Positions 7,629-17,346 of a DNA stretch of 32,000 bases are shown piece after piece. The notes under the pieces were generated by a model. It searched no databases. It was not told the DNA's origin and saw nothing but the letters and a program-made list of their open reading frames with translations. Location: contig NZ_LN831024.1 in NCBI RefSeq assembly GCF_001457615.1, positions 3,960,001-3,992,000 of the forward strand, given 5' to 3'. The DNA comes from Pseudomonas aeruginosa. Its GTDB lineage: Bacteria > Pseudomonadota > Gammaproteobacteria > Pseudomonadales > Pseudomonadaceae. Numbering within the stretch: the stretch's first letter is position 1; every line of letters starts with the position of its first letter. Both the position numbers and the translations under genes were made by a program.

Positions 7629-9230
7629 ATGACCACCTGCGGCGAATTCCTCGTCAAGCAACTCGAAGCCTGGGGCGTCGAGACCGTCTTCGGCATCCCC
7701 GGCGTGCATACCGTAGAGCTCTATCGCGGCCTGCCCGGCAGCCGTATCCGCCATGTCACCCCGCGCCACGAGCAGGGCGCCGGCTTCATGGCGGACGGCT
7801 ACGCACGGGTCACCGGCAGGCCCGGCGTGTGCTTCATCATCACCGGCCCGGGGATGACCAACATCCTCACCGCCATGGCCCAGGCCTACGCCGACTCGAT
7901 TCCGATGCTGGTGATCTCCAGCGTCAACGAACGCGCGCGCCTGGCCCACGGCAACGGCTACCTGCACGAGCTGCCGAACCAGCGCAACCTGGTAGGCAAC
8001 GTCTGCGCCTTCAGCCATACCCTGATGAGCGCCGAGGAGCTGCCGGCGGTGCTCGCCCGCGCCTTCGCCGTGTTCGACAGCGAGCGGCCGCGGCCGGTGC
8101 ACATCGAGCTGCCGCTCGACGTCATCACCGCGCCCGCCGAACACCTGGCCCTGCGCCCACGCACCGTCACCAGCCGCCCGGCGCCGGCCCTCGCGCCCTT
8201 GCGCGAGGCCGCGGCGCGCCTGCGCAACGCGAAGAAGCCACTGCTGCTGCTCGGCGGCGGCTGCGTCGACGCCGCCGCCGAAGCGCGTGCCCTGGCCGCC
8301 GCGCTGGACGCGCCGACCGCCCTGACGATCAACGCCAAGGGCCTGCTACCGGCCGACCACCCGCTGCTGCTGGGCAGCAACCAGTCCTGCGTGCCGGTAC
8401 GCGAGCTGGCCGCCGAGGCCGACGTGGTGCTGGCCATCGGCACCGAGCTGGGCGAAACCGACTACGACGTGGTGTTCGACGGCGGCTTCGCCCTCGATGG
8501 CGAGTTGATCCGCATCGACATCGACCCGCAGCAACTGATGCGCAACTACACGCCGAGCCTGGCCATCCACAGCGACGCCCGGCTGGCCATGCGCGTGCTG
8601 CTGGCCGAACTGCCGGGCGGCGAGGCCTCGCCGGACAGCCCCGGGGCCCGGCGCGCCGCCGCCGTGCGCCAGCGCCTGGCCGAAGACTTCGCCGGCTGGT
8701 CGCACTATCGCCAGCTGTTCGCCGCGATCCTGGCCGAGTGGCCGGACGCCCGCTTCGTCGGCGATTCGACCCAGACCGTCTACAGCGGCAACCACCTGGT
8801 CGATCTCGACGAGCCGCGCCGCTGGTTCAACGCCTCCACCGGCTACGGCACCCTCGGCTATGGCCTGCCCGCCGCCATCGGCGCCAAGCTCGGTGAGCCG
8901 GGACGCCCGGTGGTCAGCCTGATGGGCGATGGCGGCCTGCAGTTCACCCTGCCGGAACTGGCCAGCGCGGTGGAAGCCAAGGTCGGCATCGTCGTGCTGC
9001 TGTGGAACAACCACGGCTATGGCGAGATCAAGCGCTACATGGAGCGGCGCGAGATCACTCCGCTCGGGGTCGATATCTACACCCCGGACTTCCTCGCCAT
9101 CGCCCGCGGCTTCGGCTGCGCCGCCGAACGCGCGCGCGATCTCGAGCACCTGCGCGAACTGCTGCGCGGCGCCCCGGCGGACCGTCCGCTGATCGTCGAG
9201 GTGCTGCAAGCCGCGCCCTTCCATCCCTGA
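7629..9230 (+). CDS. Thiamine-diphosphate-dependent 2-oxo-acid decarboxylase (acetolactate-synthase superfamily; AruI-like, possibly a 5-guanidino-2-oxopentanoate decarboxylase)
   Basis: ORF of 533 aa. It has the N-terminal TPP pyrimidine-binding domain (VFGIPGVHTVELYRGL...RHEQGAGFMADGYAR...ITGPGMTN) and the C-terminal TPP-binding GDG motif (SLMGDGGLQFTLPELASAV...LLWNNHGYGEI). Substrate specificity is inferred from family resemblance and the gbuA neighbourhood. Confidence 0.85.
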   Translation: MTTCGEFLVKQLEAWGVETVFGIPGVHTVELYRGLPGSRIRHVTPRHEQGAGFMADGYARVTGRPGVCFIITGPGMTNILTAMAQAYADSIPMLVISSVNERARLAHGNGYLHELPNQRNLVGNVCAFSHTLMSAEELPAVLARAFAVFDSERPRPVHIELPLDVITAPAEHLALRPRTVTSRPAPALAPLREAAARLRNAKKPLLLLGGGCVDAAAEARALAAALDAPTALTINAKGLLPADHPLLLGSNQSCVPVRELAAEADVVLAIGTELGETDYDVVFDGGFALDGELIRIDIDPQQLMRNYTPSLAIHSDARLAMRVLLAELPGGEASPDSPGARRAAAVRQRLAEDFAGWSHYRQLFAAILAEWPDARFVGDSTQTVYSGNHLVDLDEPRRWFNASTGYGTLGYGLPAAIGAKLGEPGRPVVSLMGDGGLQFTLPELASAVEAKVGIVVLLWNNHGYGEIKRYMERREITPLGVDIYTPDFLAIARGFGCAAERARDLEHLRELLRGAPADRPLIVEVLQAAPFHP

Positions 9231-9243
9231 CCCGGAGCCCGCC

Positions 9244-10626
9244 ATGGACGATTCCGAACTCTACCGATCCCTCTGCGAGATCCTCGGCGCCCGTGGCGTG
9301 CGCGACAGTGCCGCGCTCGCCGGGCAGGACCCCGGCTACCATCCGCAGAACCTCGCCGGAAGCTTCCTGGTCCTGCCGGAAAGCACCGACCAAGTCGCCG
9401 CCGTGGTGCGTCTGTGCCGCCAGGCAGGACGCGCCCTGGTACCCCAGGGCGGACTCACCGGCCTGGTCGGCGGCGGCGCCGCGCAAGCCGGCGACGTGCT
9501 GCTCTCGCTGCGCAGGCTGAACCGCATACATCGGCTGGATGCGGCCAGCCAGACCCTCGACCTCGACGCCGGCGTAACCCTCGAACAGGCCCAGGCGCTG
9601 GCCGCCGATGCCGGACTCGACCCCGGCATCGATCTCGCCGCGCGCGGCAGCGCCAGCATCGGCGGGCTGGTCGCGACCAACGCCGGCGGCATCCGCGCCT
9701 TCCGCTTCGGCACCATGCGCCAGCGCGTGCTCGGCCTGGAAGCGGTACTCGCCGACGGCAGCGTCTACAGCGACCTGCGCGGGCTGCTGAAGAACACCAC
9801 CGGCTACGACCTCAAGCAGTTGTTCGTCGGCGCCGAAGGCACCCTCGGCATCGTCACCCGTGCGGTACTGCGCCTGGAGCCGTTGCAGCGTCCCGGCGCC
9901 ACCGCCCTGCTCGGCCTGCCCGACGTCGACGCGGCGATCACCATCGCCGCGCGCCTGCGCCGCGAGCACGCCGAACGCCTGTTCGCCTGCGAGATCCTCT
10001 GGCACGACTACCTGCAATGCACCGCCGCACCCATGGGCGACAGCGCGCCGAGCCTGGCGCCCTGCCCTCTCTACCTGCTGGTGGAACTGGCCGAGGACCG
10101 CCACCTGGATGCCGGCGAGGCGCTCACCGCCCTGCTGGAAGACTGCTTCGAGGACGGGCTGGTGGAAGACGCCCTGCTCGCCGCCAACGAAACCCAGCGC
10201 CTGGCCATCTGGCGCCTGCGCGAAGACTCCGACGCGGCCATCCACGCCGGCGTCGACAGCCTGTCCTTCGACGTATCGCTCCCGGTGCCGGCCCTGGCCG
10301 GCTACGTCGAGCGCATCCGGCGGCGCCTGGACGACCTGGTGAAGGGCATGCAGGTCTTCCTCTTCGGCCATTTCCTCGACGGCAACCTGCACGTCATGCT
10401 CGCCGCCGACGTCCCGCTGCTGCCGCTGCACCAGGCGGTGGAGGAAATCCTCTACGGCGAGTTGGGCGAATGCGCTGGCGTGATCTCCGCCGAGCACGGC
10501 ATCGGCCTGGAGAAGAAGGAAGCCCTGGGACGCTACGCCGATCCGCTGAAGCTCGCGCTGATGGCGCAGATCAAGGAACTGCTCGACCCCAGCGGGCTGT
10601 TCAACCCGGGCAAGGTCATACCCTGA
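9244..10626 (+). CDS. FAD-linked oxidase / D-2-hydroxyacid dehydrogenase-like protein (GlcD, FAD_binding_4 family)
   Basis: ORF of 460 aa with GGAG upstream. It has an FAD-binding PCMH-type region (VAAVVRLCRQAGRALVPQGGLTGLVGG) and the typical C-terminus (ISAEHGIGLEKK...LDPSGLFNPGKV). Confidence 0.85.
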   Translation: MDDSELYRSLCEILGARGVRDSAALAGQDPGYHPQNLAGSFLVLPESTDQVAAVVRLCRQAGRALVPQGGLTGLVGGGAAQAGDVLLSLRRLNRIHRLDAASQTLDLDAGVTLEQAQALAADAGLDPGIDLAARGSASIGGLVATNAGGIRAFRFGTMRQRVLGLEAVLADGSVYSDLRGLLKNTTGYDLKQLFVGAEGTLGIVTRAVLRLEPLQRPGATALLGLPDVDAAITIAARLRREHAERLFACEILWHDYLQCTAAPMGDSAPSLAPCPLYLLVELAEDRHLDAGEALTALLEDCFEDGLVEDALLAANETQRLAIWRLREDSDAAIHAGVDSLSFDVSLPVPALAGYVERIRRRLDDLVKGMQVFLFGHFLDGNLHVMLAADVPLLPLHQAVEEILYGELGECAGVISAEHGIGLEKKEALGRYADPLKLALMAQIKELLDPSGLFNPGKVIP

Positions 10627-10670
10627 ACGCCTATCCTTCTGGGATAGCCTTTCCACCGACAGAGACCGCG

Positions 10671-11399
10671 ATGAGAATCGTCAGCCGCGACCGCTGGTTC
10701 GAAACCCGGCACTTCTACAACGGTATCAGCCTGATCCACGAGCCCTACGTGCGCCCCTTCTATCGCTGCAACATGTGGCATGTCCAGGGCCGCGAGCGCG
10801 ACGTGCTGGTGGACAGCGGCTCCGGTCTGGTCAGCCTGCGCGAGCAACTGCCCTGGCTCACCGAACGACCGCTGCTGGCGGTGGCCAGCCACACCCACTT
10901 CGACCATATCGCCGGCCACCACGAATTCGCCGAGCGCCTGGCGCATCCGGCCGAGGCGGAGATCCTCGCCGCGCCGGACGGCGACAACACCCTGGCGCGC
11001 GCCTATGTTGGCGACGAGATGTTCGAGGCGCATCCGGAGTGCCCGCTGTGCTACGCCGAATACCGGGTGCGAGCAGCGCCGGCGACCCGACTGATCGACG
11101 AAGGCGACGTGCTCGATCTCGGCGACCGCGTGCTGCAGGTGCTGCACACGCCCGGGCACTCGCCGGGCGGCATCAGCCTGTGGGAAGCGGCTACACAGAC
11201 GCTGTTTTCCGGCGACATCGTCTACGACGGTCCGCTGGTCGAGGACGCCTATCATTCCAACCTCGACGACTATGCCTCCAGCCTCGCGCGCCTGCGCGAG
11301 CTACCGGTGCGCACCGTGCATGGCGGGCATTTCGCGAGCTTTTCCGGGGAGCGTTTGCGGGAAATGATCGTCGCCTGGTTCAGGAACCACGATCGATAG
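10671..11399 (+). CDS. Metallo-beta-lactamase-fold hydrolase
   Basis: This is the distal part of track ORF 9414..11399. ATG at 10671 gives 242 aa beginning MRIVSRDRWFE. It has the HxHxDH motif (SHTHFDHIAGHH) and the downstream TPGHSPG motif. Confidence 0.85.
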   Translation: MRIVSRDRWFETRHFYNGISLIHEPYVRPFYRCNMWHVQGRERDVLVDSGSGLVSLREQLPWLTERPLLAVASHTHFDHIAGHHEFAERLAHPAEAEILAAPDGDNTLARAYVGDEMFEAHPECPLCYAEYRVRAAPATRLIDEGDVLDLGDRVLQVLHTPGHSPGGISLWEAATQTLFSGDIVYDGPLVEDAYHSNLDDYASSLARLRELPVRTVHGGHFASFSGERLREMIVAWFRNHDR

Positions 11400-11402
11400 A
11401 CC

Positions 11403-11443
11403 AAAACCGGGACTCTGGCCAGCGCCGCAGGCGGAGGCCAGAG
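11403..11443 (-). terminator. Intrinsic terminator between the convergent MBL gene and the PA1414-like locus; the U-tract is on the minus strand only
   Basis: CTCTGGCC (11413..11420) pairs with GGCCAGAG (11436..11443), with an inner CGCC/GGCG pairing. On the minus strand the stem is followed by TCCCGGTTTTGG. On the plus strand there is no T-run. Confidence 0.55.
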
Positions 11444-11702
11444 CGTCGGGGAACCGGCTCAGCGACGTTGCCGCGCGGCGAGGCGCCGGCGTTGCTCGTC
11501 GTTTTCCACCGGGATGGGTTGCATGCGCGGGGGCTCGATCAGGCCAAGGGCGACACCGAGTTGCCACGCCAGGTTTTGCAGCCAGAGTTTCATGACAGGC
11601 CCCTTGTCCAAGGGAAGGAGAATCGGGCGACCTGACAAGTCAGGTCGCCCTAGGAAAGAGTAGACCGGCGTCCCACTCTCCGCACGTTCCACTCCGTCCT
11701 TG
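11405..11702 (-). ncRNA. sicX: Anr-dependent structured small RNA locus (PA1414; I recall it described as SicX); ends are approximate
   Basis: The 5' end is predicted from the Anr-box/-10 geometry and the 3' end from the terminator at 11403..11443. A perfect 12-bp palindromic hairpin, GGGCGACCTGAC-aa-GTCAGGTCGCCC (11625..11650), lies inside the annotated ORF. The name and sRNA status come from memory of the literature. Confidence 0.45.
11459..11692 (-). CDS. Small hypothetical ORF (77 codons from GTG 11692; alternative 44-codon ORF from ATG 11593), PA1414-like; coding status doubtful
   Basis: This is a track ORF. The GTG start would lie only about 10 nt from the predicted TSS. The internal ATG 11593 has AAGGGG 6 nt upstream and encodes MKLWLQNLAWQLGVALGLIEPPRMQPIPVENDEQRRRLAARQRR, with a hydrophobic N-half and a basic tail. 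Confidence 0.4.
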   Translation of the reverse strand: MERAESGTPVYSFLGRPDLSGRPILLPLDKGPVMKLWLQNLAWQLGVALGLIEPPRMQPIPVENDEQRRRLAARQRR

Positions 11703-11708
11703 GAAACA

Positions 11709-11751
11709 ACTTTACTGCGGGAAACCGGCCCCGGACCCTGACCTGAATCAA
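11709..11751 (-). promoter_or_regulatory. Class II Anr/FNR-type promoter: TTGATtcagGTCAG box (11751..11738) and -10 TAAAGT (11714..11709)
   Basis: Read on the minus strand, the left half-site is perfect against the TTGAT-N4-ATCAA consensus and the right half-site matches 3 of 5. Taking the box centre as -41.5, as in class II FNR promoters, TAAAGT spans about -11 to -6, one nt downstream of the canonical -12 to -7. The box overlaps the 3' end of the upstream LysR gene. Confidence 0.55.
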
Positions 11752-12620
11752 GCCAACGCCGATTCTCGCCCTTGCAGGAGACCGATCCAGGCCTTCAGGT
11801 TGGCGCCGACCATGCCCTTGCGCCAGACCAGCCAGGTATTCGCCCGGGCGAACGGTTCGGCCAGCGCATGCACCGCCACCGACTCCCGCCCCGGCAGGCT
11901 TTGCAGCATCGACACCGGCATCAGCGCCACCCCGCCGCCGGCCACCACGCAGGCCAGCATGCTGTGGTAGGACTCGATCTCCATCACCCGGCCCATGCTC
12001 ACCCGCGCGCTGGCGAACCAGGACTCCAGCAGCAGGCGATAGGAGCAGCGCGGGCGGAAGGCGATCACCGCGCTGCCGGCCACATCCTCGGGACCGCGCA
12101 CCGGCGGGTGGCCATTCTCGGTGACCAGCACCATGCGCTCCTCGAACATCGGCAGGCCCTCCAGACCGTCGAAGTCCAGCGGGCCGTCCACCAGCACGGC
12201 ATCCAGGCGCCCGCCCAGCAGCGACTCGACCAGCTCGCCGCTGGGCGCGGTCTGCAATTGCAGGTTCACCGCCGGATAGCGCCGGTGGTATTCCGCCAGG
12301 CGCGGCGGCAGGTGGATCGCCGCGGTGCTGTACATCGAGCCGAGGGCGAAGTCGCCCACCGGTTCGCCCCCCTGCACCGCCGCGCGCGCCTCCTCCTGCA
12401 GGGCGAACAGCCGCGCGGCGTAGTCCAGCAGGACCTTGCCGGCCGGCGACAGTTGCAGGCGCTGGCGTTCGCGGAGGAACAGGTCGACGCCAAGCTGTTC
12501 CTCCAGTTGCCGCAGGCGCGTCGACAGGTTCGACGGCACCCGGTGCAGGCGTTCGGCGGCGCGGGCGATGGAGCCTTCCTCGGCGACCGCCTGGAAAATC
12601 CTCAACTGGCCGAACTCCAC
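11748..12620 (-). CDS. LysR-family transcriptional regulator
   Basis: Track ORF 11748..12653 is trimmed to GTG 12620 (GGAG 8 nt upstream). This gives (M)EFGQLRIFQAVAEEGSIARAAERLHRVPSNLSTRLRQLEEQLG, a canonical LysR N-terminus. The 12653 GTG start cannot be excluded. Confidence 0.88.
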   Translation of the reverse strand: MEFGQLRIFQAVAEEGSIARAAERLHRVPSNLSTRLRQLEEQLGVDLFLRERQRLQLSPAGKVLLDYAARLFALQEEARAAVQGGEPVGDFALGSMYSTAAIHLPPRLAEYHRRYPAVNLQLQTAPSGELVESLLGGRLDAVLVDGPLDFDGLEGLPMFEERMVLVTENGHPPVRGPEDVAGSAVIAFRPRCSYRLLLESWFASARVSMGRVMEIESYHSMLACVVAGGGVALMPVSMLQSLPGRESVAVHALAEPFARANTWLVWRKGMVGANLKAWIGLLQGRESALA

Positions 12621-12645
12621 GACTAATTCTCCAAAACAGAACAAG

Positions 12646-12658
12646 TAATTCACGATTA
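12646..12658. promoter_or_regulatory. LysR-type T-N11-A dyad (TAAT-tcacg-ATTA) in the divergent LysR / MFS promoter region
   Basis: TAATTCACGATTA was read directly in the AT-rich intergenic region. It matches the generic T-N11-A LysR-box architecture. It is unverified. Confidence 0.3.
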
Positions 12659-12724
12659 TTCATTTTTACAGAATTGCCGCAAGACCTAACCTGCTGCCAT
12701 TCATCCCCCGGCAGGAATCCGCAC

Positions 12725-13918
12725 ATGTCCCGTGATTTTCTTCGTTCGCCGCTGGTCGGCCTGCTCGCCTGCCTGCTGGCACTGGTGGTCGCCATGGGGG
12801 TCGGGCGCTTCTCCCTGACCCCGCAACTGCCGCACCTGATCCGCGAAGGCCAGCTCGACCTGACCGGCGCCGGCCTGCTGGCCGCCGCCAACTACCTCGG
12901 CTACCTGGTCGGCGCGCTGGACGCGCTGTTCGCCCGCGAAGCGCGGCAGGCGCGCTTACGCCTGCTGGTCGGGCTATGGGCCTGCTTCGGCCTGACCCTG
13001 GCCTCGGTCTGGGCCGAGGGCTTCTGGCCGCACGCGCTGCTGCGCTTCGGTCTTGGCGTGGCCAGCGCCTGGGTACTGATCATGGTCACCGCCCTCAGCC
13101 AGCGCCTCGCCGCGGAAAGCGGTCGGGCCCGACTGGGCGCGCTGGTGTTCGCCGGCCCCGGCATCGGGGTGATGGTCACCGGCCTGCTGGCGGCATTGGG
13201 CAACGCCCTGGGCCAGGACTCGGTGTTCATCTGGAAGCTCTTCGCCGACCTCGCGCTGGTCCTGATCCTCATGCTCCTGCCGCTGCTGCCGCGCCCGGCC
13301 GCACGCAGCGCCGGCCACGACGCGCCTGCCACGGCAAGCGAGAACGCCGGCCTCGGCCGCCTGACCTGGGCCTACGGACTGGTCGGCCTCGGCTACATCA
13401 TCCCGGCCACCTTTCTCTCGCAGATGGCCGCGGCGCGTTTCCACGGGCAATGGCAGGCCGACCTGTTCTGGCCCTGCTTCGGCCTGGCCTCGGCCACCGG
13501 GGTAGTGCTGATCAGCCTGCGCCGGCAGCGCCCGGACGGCACCCGCCGCTGGCTGGTCGGCGCGCTCTGGCTACAGGCCCTCGGCGTGCTCGCCTGCCTG
13601 CTGCCGGGGATCGGCGGGCTGGCCCTGGGGGTAGTGCTGACCGGCCTGCCGTTCCTCGCCGGCATGCAACTGGTGATGCAATACGCCCGCGAACTGGCGC
13701 CGCATACGCCGCAGCGCAACGCCGGCCAACTGACCACCGGTTTCGCCCTCGGCCAGTTGCTCGGCCCGCTGCTGGCGGCGCTCAGCACGCATTTCGCCGG
13801 CGGCCTGCAACCGGCGCTGGCGCTCGCCGGGCTCGGCCTGGTCTTCGCCGGCCTGCTGTTGCGCCGGCCGCACTCGCTCAGCGTCGCAGCAGGCGTCGCA
13901 GCCACTGCTCGCCGCTGA
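12725..13918 (+). CDS. YbfB/YjiJ-type MFS transporter
   Basis: Track ORF 12674 (TTG) is trimmed to ATG 12725, giving 397 aa. It is polytopic, and the N-terminal pattern GVGRFSLTPQLPHL...AAANYLGYLVGAL resembles the YbfB family signature. It is divergent from the LysR gene. Confidence 0.8.
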   Translation: MSRDFLRSPLVGLLACLLALVVAMGVGRFSLTPQLPHLIREGQLDLTGAGLLAAANYLGYLVGALDALFAREARQARLRLLVGLWACFGLTLASVWAEGFWPHALLRFGLGVASAWVLIMVTALSQRLAAESGRARLGALVFAGPGIGVMVTGLLAALGNALGQDSVFIWKLFADLALVLILMLLPLLPRPAARSAGHDAPATASENAGLGRLTWAYGLVGLGYIIPATFLSQMAAARFHGQWQADLFWPCFGLASATGVVLISLRRQRPDGTRRWLVGALWLQALGVLACLLPGIGGLALGVVLTGLPFLAGMQLVMQYARELAPHTPQRNAGQLTTGFALGQLLGPLLAALSTHFAGGLQPALALAGLGLVFAGLLLRRPHSLSVAAGVAATARR

Positions 13919-14789
13919 CCAGGGTGATGCCGGCGAGGACCAGCGCCGCGCCGGCGACGAAGTTCAGGCTGAGCGGCTCGCCCAGCAGCAATACGCCGAA
14001 GGTGACGCCGAACAGGGGGGTCATGAAGGAGAAGATCGCCAGGTTGTTCGCCAGGTAGCGACGCAGCAGCCAGAACCAGCAGAAGTAGCTGGCGAACGAC
14101 ACCACCACGCCCTGGAACAGCACGCTGGCGGTGCTCACCGGGGTCCAGCGGACCTCGCCGAGCTGGCCGCTGAAAAGAGCGATCAGCAATAACCCGGCGC
14201 ATGCCACGAACAATTGGTAGAACAGCGTCAGGCTTGGCGGTGCCTCGGACAGCCGGGTGCCGCGCACTGCCACCGTGGTCGCGCCCCAGGACATCCCGGC
14301 GAGCAGGCCGAAGGCGTCACCGAGCAGCATCCGCCCATCCATTTCCGCCCACGACAGGCCTCCGCCGAAGGCCACCGCGATGCCGCTGAAGCACACCGCC
14401 ACGCCCAGCCACTGCAAGGGCCGCAGGCGTTCGCTGGGAAGCAGGAAGTGCAGCCCGAGGGCAGAGAAGATCGGCGCGGTATAGAGGAACACCGACATGT
14501 GCGAAGCCGTGGTGTATTGCAGGCCGAGGGCGATGAACAGGAACTCCAGGGCGAACAGCGTGCCGGTCAGCAGGCCGGCGCCCAGGGTGCCCTGGCGCAA
14601 GCCCTCCCAGCCGCCGCGCCAGCACATCAGCAGGCCGACCAGGGCGGCGGCGATGCCGGAACGGATGGCCGCCTGCATCACCGGCGCGATGTCCGTCGCC
14701 GCCCACTTGATGGTCACCTGCTGGATGCCCCAGATCACGCAGAGCAACAGCATGGTCTGGAAGGCGAAGGCATCGGCGGACTTACGCAT
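13878..14789 (-). CDS. EamA/DMT-superfamily transporter (10-TM drug/metabolite exporter type)
   Basis: Track ORF 13878..14861 is trimmed to ATG 14789, giving 303 aa beginning MRKSADAFAFQTMLLLCVIWGIQQV. It has two EamA-like halves. Its 3' end overlaps the convergent MFS gene by 41 nt. Confidence 0.82.
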   Translation of the reverse strand: MRKSADAFAFQTMLLLCVIWGIQQVTIKWAATDIAPVMQAAIRSGIAAALVGLLMCWRGGWEGLRQGTLGAGLLTGTLFALEFLFIALGLQYTTASHMSVFLYTAPIFSALGLHFLLPSERLRPLQWLGVAVCFSGIAVAFGGGLSWAEMDGRMLLGDAFGLLAGMSWGATTVAVRGTRLSEAPPSLTLFYQLFVACAGLLLIALFSGQLGEVRWTPVSTASVLFQGVVVSFASYFCWFWLLRRYLANNLAIFSFMTPLFGVTFGVLLLGEPLSLNFVAGAALVLAGITLVSGEQWLRRLLRR

Positions 14790-14930
14790 GGCGGACTCAC
14801 AGGCAGGCATGGAAGGAAGCGGCCGCCAGCGGCGACCGTCGGGCAGCGCCATTATGGACAAGCCGGCGCGCCCGGTCGAAGCCTGGAAGCGACCTCCAGC
14901 GGGCCGTGGGCGGCGGTTCCGGCCTGCTTG

Positions 14931-14950
14931 CCTGGCCTGGCCTGGCCTGG
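14931..14950. repeat. Pentanucleotide tandem repeat (CCTGG)x4, preceded by a degenerate copy
   Basis: Read directly: cctgg cctgg cctgg cctgg. It lies in the 205-bp intergenic region upstream of the EamA gene and downstream of the binding-protein gene. Confidence 0.6.
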
Positions 14951-14994
14951 GGGACGCTATCCGTCCTGCGAACCCGCCATCTGGCCGCGGCCGC

Positions 14995-17137
<2,143 letters not shown>

Positions 17138-17346
17138 GGAGAGACCTCGCAGGTTTCTTGTTCTTGGTGGAGGGATTCTGCCCAGCGCGCGGTCGCGACA
17201 AAACGGCGGCGGCGGCCAAAAAGGGATCGATATGGCCAGAATTCATGTCCCTTTAGCGCCGCCTGGCGATTATCGACGCGGGGAATTACTCGGCGCCCGC
17301 GCCGGTCCATACTGCTTGAGCCAGTCAGGATCGAAAGGGGGATTCG

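Noticed and set aside
4458-8144. A 1228-aa ORF on the minus strand spanning two transporter genes, part of the TPP enzyme gene and two intergenic regions.
   Set aside because: It is antisense to three well-supported genes. Its translation is low-complexity (G/A/D/Q/H/R-rich) with no recognisable motifs. Long stop-free antisense frames are expected in a 67% GC genome with GC-rich third codon positions.
10000-10016. A sigma-54-like element, TGGCACgactaccTGCA.
   Set aside because: The GG/GC spacing is one nt longer than the -24/-12 consensus. It lies inside the FAD-oxidase coding region, and no downstream gene start needs it.
14921-14950. A CRISPR array or a larger repeat array.
   Set aside because: There are only four 5-nt units with no spacers, and no other repeat-spacer architecture occurs anywhere in the window.
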